Shown in pieces: positions 36,640 through 47,295 of a stretch of DNA of 64,000 nt; within the stretch, counting starts at the first letter, position 1, and every line of letters begins with the position of its first letter. The stretch comes from an archaeon GW2011_AR15 (GTDB lineage Archaea; Nanobdellota; Nanobdellia; Woesearchaeales; GW2011-AR15): positions 448,001 through 512,000 of the forward strand of contig CP010425.1 in the NCBI GenBank assembly GCA_000830295.1, read 5' to 3'. The position numbers and the translations under genes are program-made. A model generated the notes under the pieces. The model did not search any database, was not told the DNA's origin, and saw nothing but the letters and a program-made list of their open reading frames with translations.

Positions 36640-37911
36640 ATGAACATATCAGTTGTAGGTTTGGGTTACGTAGGCCTTATACAGGCCGCAGGAATGGCAA
36701 AACTGGGCCATAATGTGCTTGGCTCTGATATGGATAAGAATAAAGTTGATAAAATCAACAGCAAAGAGCCGCCGATATATGAGAACGGCCTGAAAGAAAT
36801 ACTCCAGGAGACAGTTCCTTCCAGATTTTCAGCTTATCAGGAGCTGAAAAAGCCGTTTATGGAGTCAGATGCCACATTCATCTGTGTCGGCACGCCTTCA
36901 AAGAGGCAGGGAGAGATGTCCCTGCACCAGCTTGAAAATGTGATGAGGCAGTTGGGAGAACTTCTTAAAGAGAAAAAATACCATATTTTTGTAATAAAAA
37001 GTACAGTTGTGCCAGGAACATGCGAGAACATTGTAATCCCGGTTGTTGAAAAAGCAAGCGGAAAAAAGTTCAAAAAAGACTTCTCAGTTGTAATGAACCC
37101 GGAATTCTTAAGAGAAGGGGAGGCGCTTGAGGACTTTTTTGACCCTGACAGGATTGTCCTGGGCAGTTCAGATAAAACAGCACTGAAAAAAATAAAAGAG
37201 ATCTACAGTCCATTCAAATGCCCTGTGCTTGAAACAGGTTTTAAAGAGGCAGAAATGATAAAATATGCCTCAAACGCCTTTCTTGCAACAAAAATATCCT
37301 TCATCAATGAGATTGGGAACATATCAAAGACATTTGGGATAGACACAAACATAGTTGCAAAAGGAATAGGCATGGATAAGAGAATCTCCCCACATTTCCT
37401 GAAGTCAGGGATTGGCTTTGGAGGCAGCTGCTTCCCTAAAGATGTCAATGCTATAGTCTACAAGGCTACAGAAAAGGGATATAATCCAAAATTATTAAGG
37501 TCTGTACTTGATGTCAACAGGGACCAGCCCCTTAAGATGATAGAGCTGCTTGACAGGAAAGAGGGCCCGATTAAGGGAAAGAAAATAGGCCTGCTCGGGC
37601 TTACATTCAAGGCAGGGACAGATGACATAAGGGAAAGCCCGGCGCTTGTTACAATCAAAGAACTGCTTATGGAGGAGGCAGAGCTTTACATATATGATCC
37701 GAAGGCAATGGAAAAGACAAAGAAGCTCTTTCCTCACCTGAATTATCTTAGCTCAGCACAGGAAGTTGTTGATGAGTGCGAGGCAGTACTAATACTTACA
37801 GAATGGCCGGAGTTCAGGACCCTTGATTATGGCAAAAAGCTGGTCATAGACGGCAAGAACCTCTTCTTTGACAACCACAGGCCAGAGAATTACGAGGGGA
37901 TTTGCTGGTAA
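36640..37911 (+). CDS. ugd: UDP-glucose/GDP-mannose 6-dehydrogenase
   Basis: GLGYVG, CVGTP, KSTVVPGT, NPEFLREG, GFGGSCFPKD, FKAGTDDIRES. Confidence 0.9.
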   Translation: MNISVVGLGYVGLIQAAGMAKLGHNVLGSDMDKNKVDKINSKEPPIYENGLKEILQETVPSRFSAYQELKKPFMESDATFICVGTPSKRQGEMSLHQLENVMRQLGELLKEKKYHIFVIKSTVVPGTCENIVIPVVEKASGKKFKKDFSVVMNPEFLREGEALEDFFDPDRIVLGSSDKTALKKIKEIYSPFKCPVLETGFKEAEMIKYASNAFLATKISFINEIGNISKTFGIDTNIVAKGIGMDKRISPHFLKSGIGFGGSCFPKDVNAIVYKATEKGYNPKLLRSVLDVNRDQPLKMIELLDRKEGPIKGKKIGLLGLTFKAGTDDIRESPALVTIKELLMEEAELYIYDPKAMEKTKKLFPHLNYLSSAQEVVDECEAVLILTEWPEFRTLDYGKKLVIDGKNLFFDNHRPENYEGICW

Positions 37912-37990
37912 TTTTTCACCTATAAAATCCTCCTTTCTACATATATTTTAAAGACAAGATATTTAAACAAGAGTATTTTAATTTTGAAAA

Positions 37991-39598
37991 ATGTTTTTTA
38001 AAACCATATTAAAGAAAATATCTAAACACAAGATTGTCCTGTTTTTGATATTATTGAATTTAACCTTAAATCTCATAGGTATTAATTTTGGTCTTCCTGA
38101 TACGTGGCATCCCGATGAACTTACACATTCTGTTACAAGAATGCTGTCAGAAAAAACACTTAATCCTGGAAGATTCACGTATCCTTCTTTTTACCATTAT
38201 GTGCTCATAGCTGCGAATATACCCTATTCGGCATTTTTACTGTTATCAGGAAAAGCGGCGATGTTAGCGACAGATTCAGTACTAAGGCAACAGACAATAG
38301 CAATAATCTTTCTGACGTCTAGGATTGTTACTGCCTTTTTTGGAAGCATACTGGTTTTTCTTATATACATTATAGCAAAAAAAGTCTCGAATGAGAGAGC
38401 GGCCATTATCTCTGCTGCCTTTGCATCTCTAAACATGGCCATAATTACATACTCACATTTTGCAACATCAGACATGCCAGTAACTGTAATGTCTATGCTC
38501 TCTATCTATATGATACTCAGACTTTATGAAAAGCCAATACGTATGAATTATATCCTAACCGGGCTGGCCATAGGGCTTGCTACAGGAACAAAATATTATG
38601 CGGTAGTGTTGGTTCTTTTATTAATAGGAGCGCATTTACTTGCAACAAAAAAAGTTTCAATAAATAAAAATTTAATAATCTCAGGTATGTTGTGCGCTGT
38701 TGGATTTCTAATTACTACCCCTTTTGCAATTCTTGACTTTAACACCTTTTTTAGAGATACCACACTTCTTTTTACGACCGTGCAAACAGTCCAAAATCTT
38801 TACGACCCCGTAACAGCGTTATCCTATTTTTTCCATCTAGATAATGGTCTCGGAACACCCCTTTTTATCCTTAGTTTAATAGGAACAGCATATTGTGTTT
38901 ATTTGGCAAGAAAAAATAATAAATTACTGCTTCTTTTGTCATGGGCAATAGGATATTTTTTGCTTGTATCTTATATCATACACTTCTCATTTTTAAGATA
39001 CATACTTCCTGTTGTGCCAATAATTATTATCTTTGCAGGTGTTTTTTTCAATTATTTGCTTTCATTTAAGAGACACAGAATAATCACTTACTCTTTTCTT
39101 TTTGCAGTTTTGTTATTCAATTTTTCATATGCAATAAAAACAGATATGCTCTTTGTAAAAGATTCTCGTTATTCTTCCACGGAATGGATAAAAGAGAATA
39201 TACCTGATAATTCTAATATATTGATATTTGCGCAAAACCTTAGGTATTTTCCTGACATATCCTCTGAAAAGAACGTAAGTTATCTTAATGTTACAGATTT
39301 TTCAAGTGTTGAAAGTCTAAGAGAAGCAATCAAAAAAATATCACCAGATTATATAATCGAGTCAAGTCTTTACTATAATAGGTACCTCTACTATACCAAC
39401 ATGTATCCAAAAAGATCCCCTCTGCAAGATCTTTTCGGTTATGTGAGCCACGAGCCAGTCGCAACTGATTTTTATAGAGAACTTATAAATGAAAAATTAG
39501 GATATTCATTAATTAAAAAATTCCCGGAAGAAAAAGAGGACGTGCCTGATCCTGAGTTTATAAATCCAACAATTTTAATATTCAAATTAAATAACTAA
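37991..39598 (+). CDS. Multi-pass GT-C glycosyltransferase (PMT/ArnT-like)
   Basis: WHPDE luminal motif, YPSFY, GLATGTKY, RYILPVVP; many TM helices. Confidence 0.8.
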   Translation: MFFKTILKKISKHKIVLFLILLNLTLNLIGINFGLPDTWHPDELTHSVTRMLSEKTLNPGRFTYPSFYHYVLIAANIPYSAFLLLSGKAAMLATDSVLRQQTIAIIFLTSRIVTAFFGSILVFLIYIIAKKVSNERAAIISAAFASLNMAIITYSHFATSDMPVTVMSMLSIYMILRLYEKPIRMNYILTGLAIGLATGTKYYAVVLVLLLIGAHLLATKKVSINKNLIISGMLCAVGFLITTPFAILDFNTFFRDTTLLFTTVQTVQNLYDPVTALSYFFHLDNGLGTPLFILSLIGTAYCVYLARKNNKLLLLLSWAIGYFLLVSYIIHFSFLRYILPVVPIIIIFAGVFFNYLLSFKRHRIITYSFLFAVLLFNFSYAIKTDMLFVKDSRYSSTEWIKENIPDNSNILIFAQNLRYFPDISSEKNVSYLNVTDFSSVESLREAIKKISPDYIIESSLYYNRYLYYTNMYPKRSPLQDLFGYVSHEPVATDFYRELINEKLGYSLIKKFPEEKEDVPDPEFINPTILIFKLNN

Positions 39599-39604
39599 GG
39601 CAAC

Positions 39605-40534
39605 CTAAAGATTATTTTGATACCAATCCACCGTTTTTCTAATGCCTTCTTTAAGTTTTGTTTTTGGGGCCCAATTTAATTTTTTCTTCATTTTTTTAGC
39701 ACTTAAAATTTTTTTCATGGCACCATCCGGCTTTTCAGCCTGCAAAACAAATTCTCCTTCCCAACCAACAATTTCTTTTATTAATTTAGCCATATCTATT
39801 ATAGAAATCCCCTTTGTCACGCCAACATTCATAATTTCGTTGGGCTCAAATTTTTCAATATTCTCTATAGTTTTCAATATTGCCATTGCACCATCCTCAA
39901 CATAGAGCCACTCTCTGACAGGTTTTCCTGTTCCCCATATTTCAACATGCTTTTTGCCTTTATTTTTTGCGTCTACAATTTTTGAAATCAATGCCCCCAA
40001 AGCATGCGACTTGATAATCTCAAAATGGTCTCCGGGCCCATACATATTCGGAAATATCAGATGTACGGGTCTGAAGTTTGGATTGATCTGGCAGTAAGCA
40101 AAACAATGCCCCCAAAGCATCTTTCTTGGCAGACCATAGGTAAGCACGGAAGGATGCATTTCGCCATCCCACCATTTTGATTCCTCATAGATTTCCATAT
40201 TTCCCGGATATGTACAGTTCGGCATTATATTGATTAATATTGGGATGCCTGCTTCATTACATACTTTAACAACATTCATACTAATTATAGAATTATCTTC
40301 AAATACTTCTACAGGATGCAGTTTATTATATGCTATGCCGCCGACATGTGCGGCACAATGAATCATAATATCTGGCCTTATTTTCAGAACATGTTTCCTG
40401 AATAGATCGTAATTAGTTATATCAATACCTTCTTTCCTGCTGACAGAGAAAACTTTGAATTTATTGGACTCAAGAAGTTTAATCACATTCTTTCCCAGAA
40501 ATCCGGTTCCCCCAGTTACAATAATCTTTTTCAT
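39605..40534 (-). CDS. GDP-L-fucose synthase-like epimerase/reductase
   Basis: TGGTGFLG, AAHVGGI, NMYGPGDHF, SHALGALI, WGTGKPVREWLYVED; catalytic YxxxK reads YGLPR. Confidence 0.8.
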   Translation of the reverse strand: MKKIIVTGGTGFLGKNVIKLLESNKFKVFSVSRKEGIDITNYDLFRKHVLKIRPDIMIHCAAHVGGIAYNKLHPVEVFEDNSIISMNVVKVCNEAGIPILINIMPNCTYPGNMEIYEESKWWDGEMHPSVLTYGLPRKMLWGHCFAYCQINPNFRPVHLIFPNMYGPGDHFEIIKSHALGALISKIVDAKNKGKKHVEIWGTGKPVREWLYVEDGAMAILKTIENIEKFEPNEIMNVGVTKGISIIDMAKLIKEIVGWEGEFVLQAEKPDGAMKKILSAKKMKKKLNWAPKTKLKEGIRKTVDWYQNNL

Positions 40535-40569
40535 CTTTATTTAATAAATACACAAACAACTTTTTAAGT

Positions 40570-41331
40570 TTATGCTCTACTTTTCTTTAAAATAACAACA
40601 TATGATGAGCCAAGAGGTCCAGGCTTTCTTTTTTGCACACTTCTTTTTACTATGCCAATTTCAGCATCCATTATCCAACTAAGTACTTTATTTAACGGTT
40701 TAGGGAGGGGTTTCAGCACATTTGAAGACTTCTTGTTTGGGAAGAGCTTTTTCAGAAAAGTAAGAAAAACAAACAAAGGCAACAGAAGAATGTTAAAATG
40801 GCTTATAGTGAGGATTTTCAGCTCGCATTCTTTGGCGATATACCTGATTCTTCCTATATTGTATCTTCTATGATGATGGTATGCATCGTCATTACTGCTC
40901 CAGAGCCATTTATGGGCAGGAACAATAAGAAACAAAATTCCATCTTTTTTGCACACTCTTTTCATTTCGCCTAATGCCCGTATATCGTCTTCAACGTGTT
41001 CGATGACATCAAGGGCAGTTACAATATCAAATGTGTTTTCTTTAAAAGGAATATCGAGAATACTCCCATATCTTATATTTTTTTCAAAACCCCTCTCCTT
41101 GCAGAAATTAATGGCGTTTTCATCCACATCTATGGCCATGAAATCCAGTTTATTTTTTTTCAGATAATCGAGAAATGCCCCTTCACTGCACCCAACATCC
41201 AATAACTTCTTTTTATCTAAATCAGCATACATGTCTTTCAGTAAAGAAATCACTAACTTGTTTCTTGCATTCCCAAACCACCAACCACCTTTTTGCAATG
41301 CATATATTTTTCTGAACACTTCCACTTCCAT
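40570..41331 (-). CDS. Class I SAM-dependent methyltransferase
   Basis: LLDVGCSEG, FDIVTALDVIEHVEDD, VPAHKWLWSSNDDAYHHHRRY. Confidence 0.88.
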   Translation of the reverse strand: MEVEVFRKIYALQKGGWWFGNARNKLVISLLKDMYADLDKKKLLDVGCSEGAFLDYLKKNKLDFMAIDVDENAINFCKERGFEKNIRYGSILDIPFKENTFDIVTALDVIEHVEDDIRALGEMKRVCKKDGILFLIVPAHKWLWSSNDDAYHHHRRYNIGRIRYIAKECELKILTISHFNILLLPLFVFLTFLKKLFPNKKSSNVLKPLPKPLNKVLSWIMDAEIGIVKRSVQKRKPGPLGSSYVVILKKSRA

Positions 41332-41375
41332 ATTAATAACACCGTTTCTCCTTATTTTTATAGATATCTTATTTA

Positions 41376-41846
41376 TTAATCAGCCAAGATGATTTCATCG
41401 ACTGGAATGTCCCATTCATTCGTTTCTAGTTTATTCATTAATTGATGTCTGTAACAAAGACCTACAATTCTTTTTTTCCCTTTTATTTTCTCCAAAAATC
41501 TATCAAAATAACCCTTTCCCCTCCCTTTTCTGTTTCCTTTCTCGTCAAACATCCTTCCCGGCACAAAGAAAATTTCAATATCTTCTTTTGTCACAGCAAT
41601 TCTCTTTTTTGGTTCATCAATCCCGTATGCCCCCTTCTGCAGCAACTCAAATTCTCCGATTTCCGATAATTCAATCTCATTTTTCTCTATATTGGACAGC
41701 GGTACCACAACACGCTTTCCACTAAACATCAGATATTTTATTATATTTCTAGTCTCGACTTCGTCATCCTTTGAAATATAAATAAATATAGTCTTAAAAT
41801 CTCTGCACATCTCCAGAACTTTCCTTTCGTAGTCTTTAATATCCAT
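41376..41846 (-). CDS. 5-formyltetrahydrofolate cyclo-ligase (short N-terminus)
   Basis: DEVET, GAYGIDEP, VPGRMFDEKGNRKGRGKGYFDRFL, WDIPVDEII. Confidence 0.88.
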   Translation of the reverse strand: MDIKDYERKVLEMCRDFKTIFIYISKDDEVETRNIIKYLMFSGKRVVVPLSNIEKNEIELSEIGEFELLQKGAYGIDEPKKRIAVTKEDIEIFFVPGRMFDEKGNRKGRGKGYFDRFLEKIKGKKRIVGLCYRHQLMNKLETNEWDIPVDEIILAD

Positions 41847-41904
41847 ATTAACAGGTTAACCATATGTATAAATAAAGTTTATAAAGATTTCTTAATTATC
41901 TTGG

Positions 41905-42738
41905 ATGATGAAACTACTAGATGGCATGAAAGTCAGTGAAGGTATCTCTACCAATCTTGCAAAAATTACAGGCAAATTAAATTTAAAGCTTTCAATAATC
42001 TTGGTTGGCAAAAACCCATCATCAGTTGTTTATGTAAATGCTAAGAAAAGAAAATGCAATACATTAGATATTGAATGTGATGTAGTTCATTTTGATAATG
42101 ATGTTAAAGAAAAGAAAATTCTCGAAAAAATTGAATTACTTAACAATGATAGGATGGTTTCCGGAATTTTGGTCCAGCTTCCTCTCCCCTCTCATCTTGA
42201 CACAAGAAAAATACTAGATTCTGTTGATATAGGTAAAGATGTCGACGGCCTAAATTCATATTATCTAACAAAAATATTCCTGAATGAGGAGAAAATAGTT
42301 CCATGTACTCCAAAAGGAGTTATAACATTGCTTGATTATTATAAAATTAATTTATACGGCAAAAGGATATGTATTCTTGGTTTTAGCAATATAGTTGGGA
42401 AACCCCTAGCTGCAATGTGTATTAACAGAGGGGGGACGGTAACTATATGCAACAGTAAAACAAAGAATATAAAAGAGCACACACTAAGGTCAGATATAAT
42501 CATGAGCTCTGTTGGGAAACCAAAGCTGGTAACAAAGAACATGGTTTCGGATGGAGCAATTGTTGTAGATATAGGTTTTTCAAAAATTAAAGGAAAGACA
42601 TATGGTGATGTTGATTTTAACAACGTCAAAGAAAAATGCGCATATATATCTCCGGTTCCCGGGGGAGTCGGGCCAATGACAATAGTAAGTCTAATACAAA
42701 ATTTAATTCTCTTAAAGAAACTTAAGGACAATTTCTGA
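41905..42738 (+). CDS. folD: Bifunctional methylene-THF dehydrogenase/methenyl-THF cyclohydrolase
   Basis: YVNAKKRKC, GILVQLPLP, KDVDG, PCTPKGV, SNIVGKP, PVPGGVGPMT. Confidence 0.95.
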   Translation: MMKLLDGMKVSEGISTNLAKITGKLNLKLSIILVGKNPSSVVYVNAKKRKCNTLDIECDVVHFDNDVKEKKILEKIELLNNDRMVSGILVQLPLPSHLDTRKILDSVDIGKDVDGLNSYYLTKIFLNEEKIVPCTPKGVITLLDYYKINLYGKRICILGFSNIVGKPLAAMCINRGGTVTICNSKTKNIKEHTLRSDIIMSSVGKPKLVTKNMVSDGAIVVDIGFSKIKGKTYGDVDFNNVKEKCAYISPVPGGVGPMTIVSLIQNLILLKKLKDNF

Positions 42739-42746
42739 ATCTTTTA

Positions 42747-43541
42747 TCACATTGAATTCCAAAGTTCTTCAAATCTAAAAAACCTCTTTTTATTTTTTCT
42801 GAATAATGCATATCCTTCTCTATTTGGCCATGAGAAGTAAGAATGACCTCCTTCTTTTTGCTTAATCGATTTTATTTTGCCTTTCTTTAACTTATTATTG
42901 ATTTCAGAAATCATCTTCTCTATCAATTTTGAACTCTTATAATATACTCTCTGCATAGTGTCATTGGTATCTATAGTATATTTTTTCTGCAAAATTATTT
43001 CTCCGGTGTCCAGCATCGTATTTATGTAATGTGCAGTTACGCCACCTTTTTTCTCATTGTTCGCCGTGACCCAAAAATACGCACATAGCCCCCTGTATTT
43101 TGGTAATAAAGAATCATGAAAATTTATACAGCCATTCTTTGGGATTTTCAAAACCTCTTCCTTTATTTTCTGTGGATAAGAGACACTATAAATAATATCT
43201 GGCCTTAATTTTTTCATTAAATTTATAGTCTCTTCGCTATTGATATCTGCCGTCTTAAATATTGGAAATTTATATTCTTTTGAATATTTGATAAATGGTT
43301 TTAATTGTCCAATATTTAGTGAAGTTTTGATTCTATAGATTTTCTCTTCAAACCATTTGTAAAGACAAAACTGAAAAAAACTCTTCTTAAGCAAGAACCG
43401 CACCGAGCCAAAGAAAGATTTTTTAGGGATAATGAAATCAGGAAATATTACACCAATAATCTCTTTTTTATTTTCCCTCAAAAAATTTTTCAGGGCAATA
43501 TTTGCATACATGTGGTCATTAGATAAGATAAGTATTTTCAT
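42747..43541 (-). CDS. 10-formyl-THF-dependent formyltransferase (probable sugar N-formyltransferase)
   Basis: INFHDSLLPKYRG, GVTAHYI, LDTGEII; lacks the Fmt C-terminal domain; directly downstream of the aminotransferase. Confidence 0.85.
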   Translation of the reverse strand: MKILILSNDHMYANIALKNFLRENKKEIIGVIFPDFIIPKKSFFGSVRFLLKKSFFQFCLYKWFEEKIYRIKTSLNIGQLKPFIKYSKEYKFPIFKTADINSEETINLMKKLRPDIIYSVSYPQKIKEEVLKIPKNGCINFHDSLLPKYRGLCAYFWVTANNEKKGGVTAHYINTMLDTGEIILQKKYTIDTNDTMQRVYYKSSKLIEKMISEINNKLKKGKIKSIKQKEGGHSYFSWPNREGYALFRKNKKRFFRFEELWNSM

Positions 43542-43563
43542 TCTATGCTTTCAGTTCCAACAA

Positions 43564-44661
43564 TTATTTTTCATAAAATTTGATAATAGTTCTGCAAACA
43601 TATTCTATCTGTTCTTTTGCGAGGCTGCAAAACACAGGCAGAGAAAGGCCACAAGTATAGGCCATCTCGGAAATATGATAGTTCTCATTCTTGCTCTTTA
43701 AATCAGAGAAGCATGGCTGCTTATGCAAAGGATAAAAGAATCTTCTTGTCTCTATCTTGTTTTTTTCAAGATAATCAACAAGTTCTTCTACCTTTTCTGC
43801 AAGAATGTTTGCACGGAAAGGTACGATATTTGTGTAGCTATTTTCTCCAAGAAACTTTATCTGTTTTACATTTTTCAGAAGATTTTTGTACATAGCATAA
43901 TTATTCAGTTTTATTTTCTCAATTTCTCCAAATTTTTTTATTTGAGCAACACCAACGGCGCACTGCAAATCTGTCATTCTAAAGTTCATTCCAATCCCCG
44001 GATGGATAAATGTGCTGCTATGTGGTCTTCCCTGATTCCTAAGAAGCTTTATTCTTTCATATATAATCTCATTATTTGTTAGTATCACCGCACCTTCTCC
44101 TGTTGTTATTGTCTTATCTGCAAAAAAAGAAATCATGCCCACATCCCCAATAGTGCCGGTATGTGTTCCTTTGTAAAATACGCCGAAGCCTTGCGCAGCA
44201 TCCTCGATAACCAGCAGATTGTGTTTTTTTGCAATACGCATTATGGGATCCATATCACATGACTGGCCATAGATATGGACAGGCATTATCGCTTTGGTTT
44301 TTTTGGTTATTTTTTCTTCAATTTTTTCTGGATCCATGTTTAAATCTGTCTTTGCAACATCCACAAAAACAGGAGTTGCACCAGTAAATGCAATTGAGGA
44401 GCCAGAGGCATTAAATGTAAAATCAGACACAATAACTTCATCGCCTTTCTTGATCCCACAGCCAAGCAAACACAGGAACAATGCAAGAGTGCCATTAGAC
44501 GCCAGGAGGGCATATCTGGCTTTTGTAAATTCCTGCAGCCTGTCAAGAAATTCCTTGGCAAAAAGCCCTTCAGACAGCCATTTATTCCTGATAACAATCT
44601 CTAGATTTTGCAATTCCTCCTTGCCAACATAAGGCTCTAATTGTGGTACTTTGTATTCCAT
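43564..44661 (-). CDS. DegT/DnrJ PLP aminotransferase, GDP-perosamine synthase-like
   Basis: SNGTLAL, MPVHIYGQ, IEDAAQG, SFFADKTITTGEG, NFRMTDLQCAVG, ETRRFFYPLHKQP. Confidence 0.85.
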   Translation of the reverse strand: MEYKVPQLEPYVGKEELQNLEIVIRNKWLSEGLFAKEFLDRLQEFTKARYALLASNGTLALFLCLLGCGIKKGDEVIVSDFTFNASGSSIAFTGATPVFVDVAKTDLNMDPEKIEEKITKKTKAIMPVHIYGQSCDMDPIMRIAKKHNLLVIEDAAQGFGVFYKGTHTGTIGDVGMISFFADKTITTGEGAVILTNNEIIYERIKLLRNQGRPHSSTFIHPGIGMNFRMTDLQCAVGVAQIKKFGEIEKIKLNNYAMYKNLLKNVKQIKFLGENSYTNIVPFRANILAEKVEELVDYLEKNKIETRRFFYPLHKQPCFSDLKSKNENYHISEMAYTCGLSLPVFCSLAKEQIEYVCRTIIKFYEK

Positions 44662-44690
44662 GTTTCAACACCTAAAACCATCACTATCGT

Positions 44691-46127
44691 CTAAAATAAT
44701 TTAAATTTTACAAATGCTTTCCAGGCCATCTTGAGCAACAAAAATAAATGCTTGAATTTACTGATTATATTTTTTCCATAGGCCTTTGGTTCACCATATA
44801 TTCTAGGAACATAATGTACAGGTATTTCAACAACTTTTAAATTATGCCCTATTGCTCCGAATATCAGCTCAAAATCACCAAAAGGGTCAAAATCACCAAA
44901 ATAACTTATATTTTTTCTTATCTTAAGATAATTTTTTTTGGAAATGGCTTTGAAACCACACAATGTGTCTGTGAACCTTTGGCCTAAAATAACCGTAAAT
45001 AGGTTTCCAAAGAACCGATTTATTATAAAATTGCCAAAAGGCATAGCATCTTTTTCCATTGCATAGACTAGGCGCGTGCCATTTACATATTCTCCAAGAC
45101 CAAGTGCATATGCATCATAAAAGAGCTTTATCTCTTCCGGCGGGGAAGTAAGGTCTGCTTCAAGCCAGCACACAAAATCACCTTTTGCATTATCGAATCC
45201 CATCCTGAAAGCATCACCCTGTCCAATCCCTCTTTGTTTCAGGAATTTTATATCTTTATCAGGGTATTTCTTAATCATTTCCTTGATTTTTTTGACAGTA
45301 TTGTCTTTTGAATGCCCTTCAACAAACAATATTTCTGTGTTTTTTCCCATAGAAGGTATTTTTTTTACAAGCTCCTCAATATTGCCCTCCTCATCTCTAC
45401 AAGTTATTACAACCGAGGTGGTTATGTCCTTGACATTGTCCGGGGGGCACATTAGCCGGGCTATCACGACTTGTTCAAGGCAAAACCGCCTTATTACCGG
45501 CAATTTTGATATTAATGTGTTTGATGCTTCAGAGACAATGGGAAAATATTTCGGAAACAGGAGGAAAAAATCCCTCTTAATCACTTGGTATCCGGCAATA
45601 TAAAGGAAATTATCAATATCATCTATAGAAGGCCAGTTAAATATCATTTCAGGCTTCTTCATTCCTAAAGATTCAGATATTTTTAGTATAGGGTTCCACA
45701 GTTGATTGTAATAGTTTATTATGAGCCTTGTGTCTGAACTACACATCTTTGAGATATTCTGAAGCAGTCTCTGTATATTCTTTACAGACCCGATAGTACC
45801 GGAGATTATAATATAATCAAATTTAAAATCAACAGAAAAAGATTCAATATCTTCACAATAGAACTTTATTTTAGGATATTTTTTCTTTGCTATTTTTATC
45901 ATTCCATCACTTATATCAACTCCAACACCATAAGAAGAGTAAAGATTTCCAATTAAATTACCAGCACCACATCCAAGCTCCAGTATACTGCTGTTTCTCG
46001 GGATGTTATTTCTATAATATCTTAGTATTTGACTATGATAATACATATTTTTTTTATACCAGGTGTCCCATCTTTTAGAAACAGAATTATTGATCTCCCT
46101 TATTTTATTCAGCTTATCACCCACCAT
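44691..46127 (-). CDS. Methyltransferase-GT2 glycosyltransferase fusion
   Basis: N-terminal LELGCGAG; C-terminal CRDEEGNI, VEGHSKDNT, LEADL, TDTLCGFK, FDPFGDFELIFGA. Confidence 0.85.
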   Translation of the reverse strand: MVGDKLNKIREINNSVSKRWDTWYKKNMYYHSQILRYYRNNIPRNSSILELGCGAGNLIGNLYSSYGVGVDISDGMIKIAKKKYPKIKFYCEDIESFSVDFKFDYIIISGTIGSVKNIQRLLQNISKMCSSDTRLIINYYNQLWNPILKISESLGMKKPEMIFNWPSIDDIDNFLYIAGYQVIKRDFFLLFPKYFPIVSEASNTLISKLPVIRRFCLEQVVIARLMCPPDNVKDITTSVVITCRDEEGNIEELVKKIPSMGKNTEILFVEGHSKDNTVKKIKEMIKKYPDKDIKFLKQRGIGQGDAFRMGFDNAKGDFVCWLEADLTSPPEEIKLFYDAYALGLGEYVNGTRLVYAMEKDAMPFGNFIINRFFGNLFTVILGQRFTDTLCGFKAISKKNYLKIRKNISYFGDFDPFGDFELIFGAIGHNLKVVEIPVHYVPRIYGEPKAYGKNIISKFKHLFLLLKMAWKAFVKFKLF

Positions 46128-46147
46128 AATAGCATTCCAACCCCGCC

Positions 46148-47203
46148 CTAATCATAATATTCGCTCGCGGAGCTTTCCTTCCAGTCAGATTCCACCATAA
46201 TTCTCACAAGCTCTTTAAACTTTGTTTTTGGTTGCCATTTTAGTTTTTTCTTGGCTTTTGTTGAATCCCCAAGCAGCGTATCAACCTCTGCAGGTCTGAA
46301 GTATCCTTTGTCTATTCTAATTATAGCTTTGCCGGTTTTTTTATCGATTCCAACTTCATCCAGGCCTTTACCTTCCCATTTAATCTGAATTCCAAGAACA
46401 TTACATGTTTCTTCAATAAACTCTCTTACAGAATGGTTTTCTCCTGTTGCAATGACATAATCTTCAGGTCTCTCCTGTTGCAGCATAAGCCACATTGCCT
46501 CAACATAATCCTTAGCATACCCCCAATCTCTCTCTGCATTAATATTTCCAAGATAAACACAATCCTGCAATCCTTTTTTCACTCTGCACAGCCCCAATGT
46601 TATTTTTCTTGTTACAAAAGTTTCACCCCTTCTTGGGGATTCATGATTAAACAGGATTCCATTGCAGGCAAATAAATTATAGGCCTCCCTGTAATTTACA
46701 GTTATCCAGTAAGAAAAAACTTTTGCGCAGGCATACGGGCTTCTCGGATGAAACGGGGTTGTTTCTTTCTGTGGTGTCTCCCATACTTTACCAAATATCT
46801 CTGAGCTTGATGCCTGATAGAACCTTGATTTGAACTGATTTTCCCTTAATGCTTCTAGTATTCTCAGCGTGCCCAACGCAATAGTGTCAGCTGTATATTC
46901 AGGAATCTCAAAACTGACTTTTACGTGACTTTGGGCTCCAAGATTGTAAATTTCATTTGGTCTGATAGTCCTTAATATGTGGTTTATGTTACTAGCATCT
47001 GTAAGGTCACCGTATATAGTATCAAATCTTGGATGATTGTAGATATGGTTTATCCTTTTTGTATTAAATGAGCTTGATTTTCTTTGTATCCCATATACAT
47101 TATAGCCTTTTTCCAATAGAAACTCAGCAAGATAGGAGCCGTCCTGCCCAGTAATTCCGGTTATCAATGCCCTTTTGGCGCTTTTTGTTGTCTCGTTAGT
47201 CAT
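46148..47203 (-). CDS. gmd: GDP-mannose 4,6-dehydratase
   Basis: [54 protein letters not shown]. Confidence 0.97.
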   Translation of the reverse strand: MTNETTKSAKRALITGITGQDGSYLAEFLLEKGYNVYGIQRKSSSFNTKRINHIYNHPRFDTIYGDLTDASNINHILRTIRPNEIYNLGAQSHVKVSFEIPEYTADTIALGTLRILEALRENQFKSRFYQASSSEIFGKVWETPQKETTPFHPRSPYACAKVFSYWITVNYREAYNLFACNGILFNHESPRRGETFVTRKITLGLCRVKKGLQDCVYLGNINAERDWGYAKDYVEAMWLMLQQERPEDYVIATGENHSVREFIEETCNVLGIQIKWEGKGLDEVGIDKKTGKAIIRIDKGYFRPAEVDTLLGDSTKAKKKLKWQPKTKFKELVRIMVESDWKESSASEYYD

Positions 47204-47295
47204 CCTATTAAGGTGTTAAATTAGTTAATAATCTATATACTTTTTGTTTTTTAAAAGATAAAGCTTAAAATTAGAACAGGTTTCTCTATTATAGT

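Noticed and set aside
42747-43541. Methionyl-tRNA formyltransferase (fmt)
   Set aside because: Lacks the C-terminal tRNA-binding domain, archaea initiate with unformylated Met, and the context is NDP-amino-sugar synthesis.
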